This document shows, one piece after another, positions 26,301 to 26,471 of a DNA stretch of 26,471 nucleotides. Under the pieces are notes generated by a model, which was not told the origin of the DNA, ran no database searches, and saw only the letters and a list, made by a program, of their open reading frames with translations. The position numbers were made by a program, and so were the translations under genes. This stretch comes from Pedosphaera sp. (GTDB taxonomy: Bacteria; Verrucomicrobiota; Verrucomicrobiia; Limisphaerales; SIBH01), in assembly GCA_031414955.1 (NCBI GenBank), contig JANOQV010000167.1:1-26471 (forward strand), given 5' to 3'. Positions within the stretch are counted from its first letter, which is position 1. Each line of letters starts with the position of its first letter.

Positions 26301-26370
26301 GGACTCCGCAGTGTGGCCGGTGGCGAACCCCGAGCGCTACTACCGGGTAATCACCCCGTTTATACCTTAG
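20332..26370 (+). CDS. Large exported CotH-family kinase protein with LamG-like, lamin-tail (LTD), FN3-associated/chitobiase C-terminal and Ig-like domains
   Basis: Start trimmed to ATG 20332; signal ...VQPAFA-S. LTD motifs LVISEVM..N..DWIEIFN, AITEIMYNP..LEFIELKN, VLINEV..DSIELFN, VVISEIMYNP..EFVELK. IRYTLDGSTP and IYFTTDGSDP. CotH motifs IGIRGRG..S..KPY, RWVEAFVN..GVY..FEKV, MGPAWDYN. Ig motifs PVILVQPVSQ..W..N. DFDGDG repeats near the C-terminus. Confidence 0.92.
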   Translation: MQPHDRSALAQQVRKFPGTGLILVLLMVAAVQPAFASLIAYDSAVNADAGGGLIPLARLTNAAVFTGANREAFNFGAGTGDVTMEFILTGDPTAGGISSYLAVGTNVSSNLRYEAYNNTGQLGFTQLGVADYLFSPGVPSPSIPVHIAYVWLSATRTMKLYLNGSFAGSASGISALFAMPNGQGWLGGNPGGTETMVGTVSRVTVYGSVLADDAIQRHADVYNDIIRAPIIVSFTATPGTIFSPASSLLAWNVQNALGVSVNGTDVTGTTNLVVNPPVTTTYSLVATNAGGSSTGQVTVVVNPPPVIHRFTAGAGYGASGASIPLAWETSHGQSFQITPGVGDVTPQTISGTGSVNILLTQTTTFTLAVGNAFGTNTATRLVRVVQPASHLVISEVMSDNASTLADQDGEFPDWIEIFNPTLAAINLGGHSLTDDKSEPTKWVFPDLLLSGGGHLVVFASGKDRTNTAAPLHTNFQLDRDGEYLALISPGLVILHEFDPLPPLDTDISFGLLGGDLTTAQAMGHPTPGALNDATPAPPAKVEFSLAGGFFSEPFLLALTSVTSGAEIRYTLDGSTPGATNGIIYTGPIAINGTARVRAVARTNDLESALSGERFIRLAADLTNYTTTLPIMVIENFGAGVIPQKGWSGTGAGIKQTPRHDAVWATIERSNGLGAFTNAPDMFSRIGIRGRGAFSSTWRQKPYSVEALKENGDERDVSPLGLPAHPDWVLYFPDPDSNKDPAMLFNTFAYELYQHFGRDFAVKFRWVEAFVNEDGGDLQLADRRGVYAIFEKVARGSDRLNFQKLSADGTNGGWLLSLNRMDPEPETGWPAENGTTVPQFFHTAGPNRISQSPPNAQVVGDDEPQQSNGYLNFDNPSGYTINTNQRAGIENWFKQFEDVLWNNTLWRDPTNGYRKYLSAEDFADYFLLNTLTHNGDGLLISMFPWKGDDGRLRMGPAWDYNWSPYYIGAPTPTVDLLWRPTRLWYGRLFTDPDFRQLYIDRWWDYRRGAMNNEGLDAIIDGQVADISPVKSLLNGFANTNAFLSNIAQMKTWLKTRADWIDGNYIRPPVFNQNGGDVPAGFQVVITGTNGTIYFTTDGSDPRAPGGTNLATAAQTYSLPFTLNAQATVSARIKNGTNWSGLTRAVFYTPQDLSSLAITEIMYNPPALGGIPGGDLEFIELKNTGVVALDLGTLTFTNGITFTFTNGTVLLPGQFFMLARNAAAFAVKYPGVTVHGTFAGQLDNAGETLRLATSFGATIFSITYGDRTPWALAADGHGFSLVPRNAATNLNSDHGAHWRASTALGGSPGTDDPAPVIAPVLINEVLTHTDLPAVDSIELFNPNATEVNVGGWFLSDDGAAPKKFRIPDGTMIGAGGFLVFTETNFNAVPGLVTSFSLSSSGDSIYLTSGDANTNLTGYSHGFDFGAAANGVTFGRFLNSVGEEQFPAQTAPTPDATNAGPRVGPVVISEIMYNPETGGDEFVELKSLSGLSLNLFDPAHPTNTWRINGLGFSFPTNFTIGSNELVLIVATNPAAFRTKYGVPAGVPILGPYTGSLQDSGERLELQWPDSPESNGVPYVTMDEVRYNDRAPWPPAADGIGPSLHRVDTAAYGNDPTNWMAAGSTPGADFIPGGPPVILVQPVSQLALIGGTVVFSVSSTGAPPLLHRWLFNDRVIPGANGSTLTLTNLQPAQAGLYSVAIYNSGGAVVSAAATLSVLTPVYFTVQPTNQNVLPGTNVTLVSAANGNGPVRYQWQFEGTNLPNATNASFSFSNASLAFGHGNFSVAAQDDASTATSSNAFVFVRIRPGITLQPLAQSVVQGNNALFICVATGAPPIVFRWLTNGVGMVTNTSGIFVFNNVQSSMTVRAVVQNLAGSVNSSTVNLTMQRDFDGDGMADFWETNYFGFSTNNPADGPLDFDGDGLSNSDEFRAGTNPTNAFSVLRLAPSATNANVLEFVAQTNRTYTVLGRTNLTGAAWTGVTNVLPSTAVRTVLLDSAVWPVANPERYYRVITPFIP

Positions 26371-26420
26371 AGCCGGTCTGAAAATTCGGAGGTGGAGTGC
26401 GCCCGTCCTCGGGCGCAGCA
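26368..26420. repeat. Probable start of a REP/MITE-like element with GC hairpin (may continue past the window)
   Basis: TAGAGCCGGTCTGAAAATTC begins at the stop codon, followed by GGAG-TGCGCCCG-tcct-CGGGCGCA-gca (stem 26398-26405/26410-26417). Confidence 0.4.
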
Positions 26421-26471
26421 ACGTGATGACTTGGAGCGTGTCGGAAAAACCCATACCCGCTGAGGTTCGCA

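Overview
GC-rich bacterial window; the protein styles suggest Verrucomicrobiota (probably Pedosphaera-like subdivision 3), which is an inference. The left third (about 1-8.5 kb, minus strand) is an accessory locus. It contains a 1577-aa Sec-exported protein (Calx-beta-like and Asp-rich repeats, C-terminal HExxH zinc-metallopeptidase tip of lower GC) preceded by a highly structured leader, followed directly by three divergent paralogous membrane/lipoprotein genes of a family I do not recognise. This is a candidate polymorphic toxin/poly-immunity or protease/inhibitor system and the main finding. Further left are a degenerate 21-bp tandem array and a truncated hypothetical gene. The rest is mostly core-like: signal peptidase I, a DUF362 protein, a TPR lipoprotein, a small FlgM-like gene with a sigma28-like promoter, a single-domain response regulator, uvrB (with an in-frame palindromic insertion), a DUF748/AsmA-like protein, an OYE-family flavin oxidoreductase and a roughly 2000-aa CotH-kinase/lamin-tail/Ig surface protein. 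All calls come from reading motifs by eye; no searches were run.
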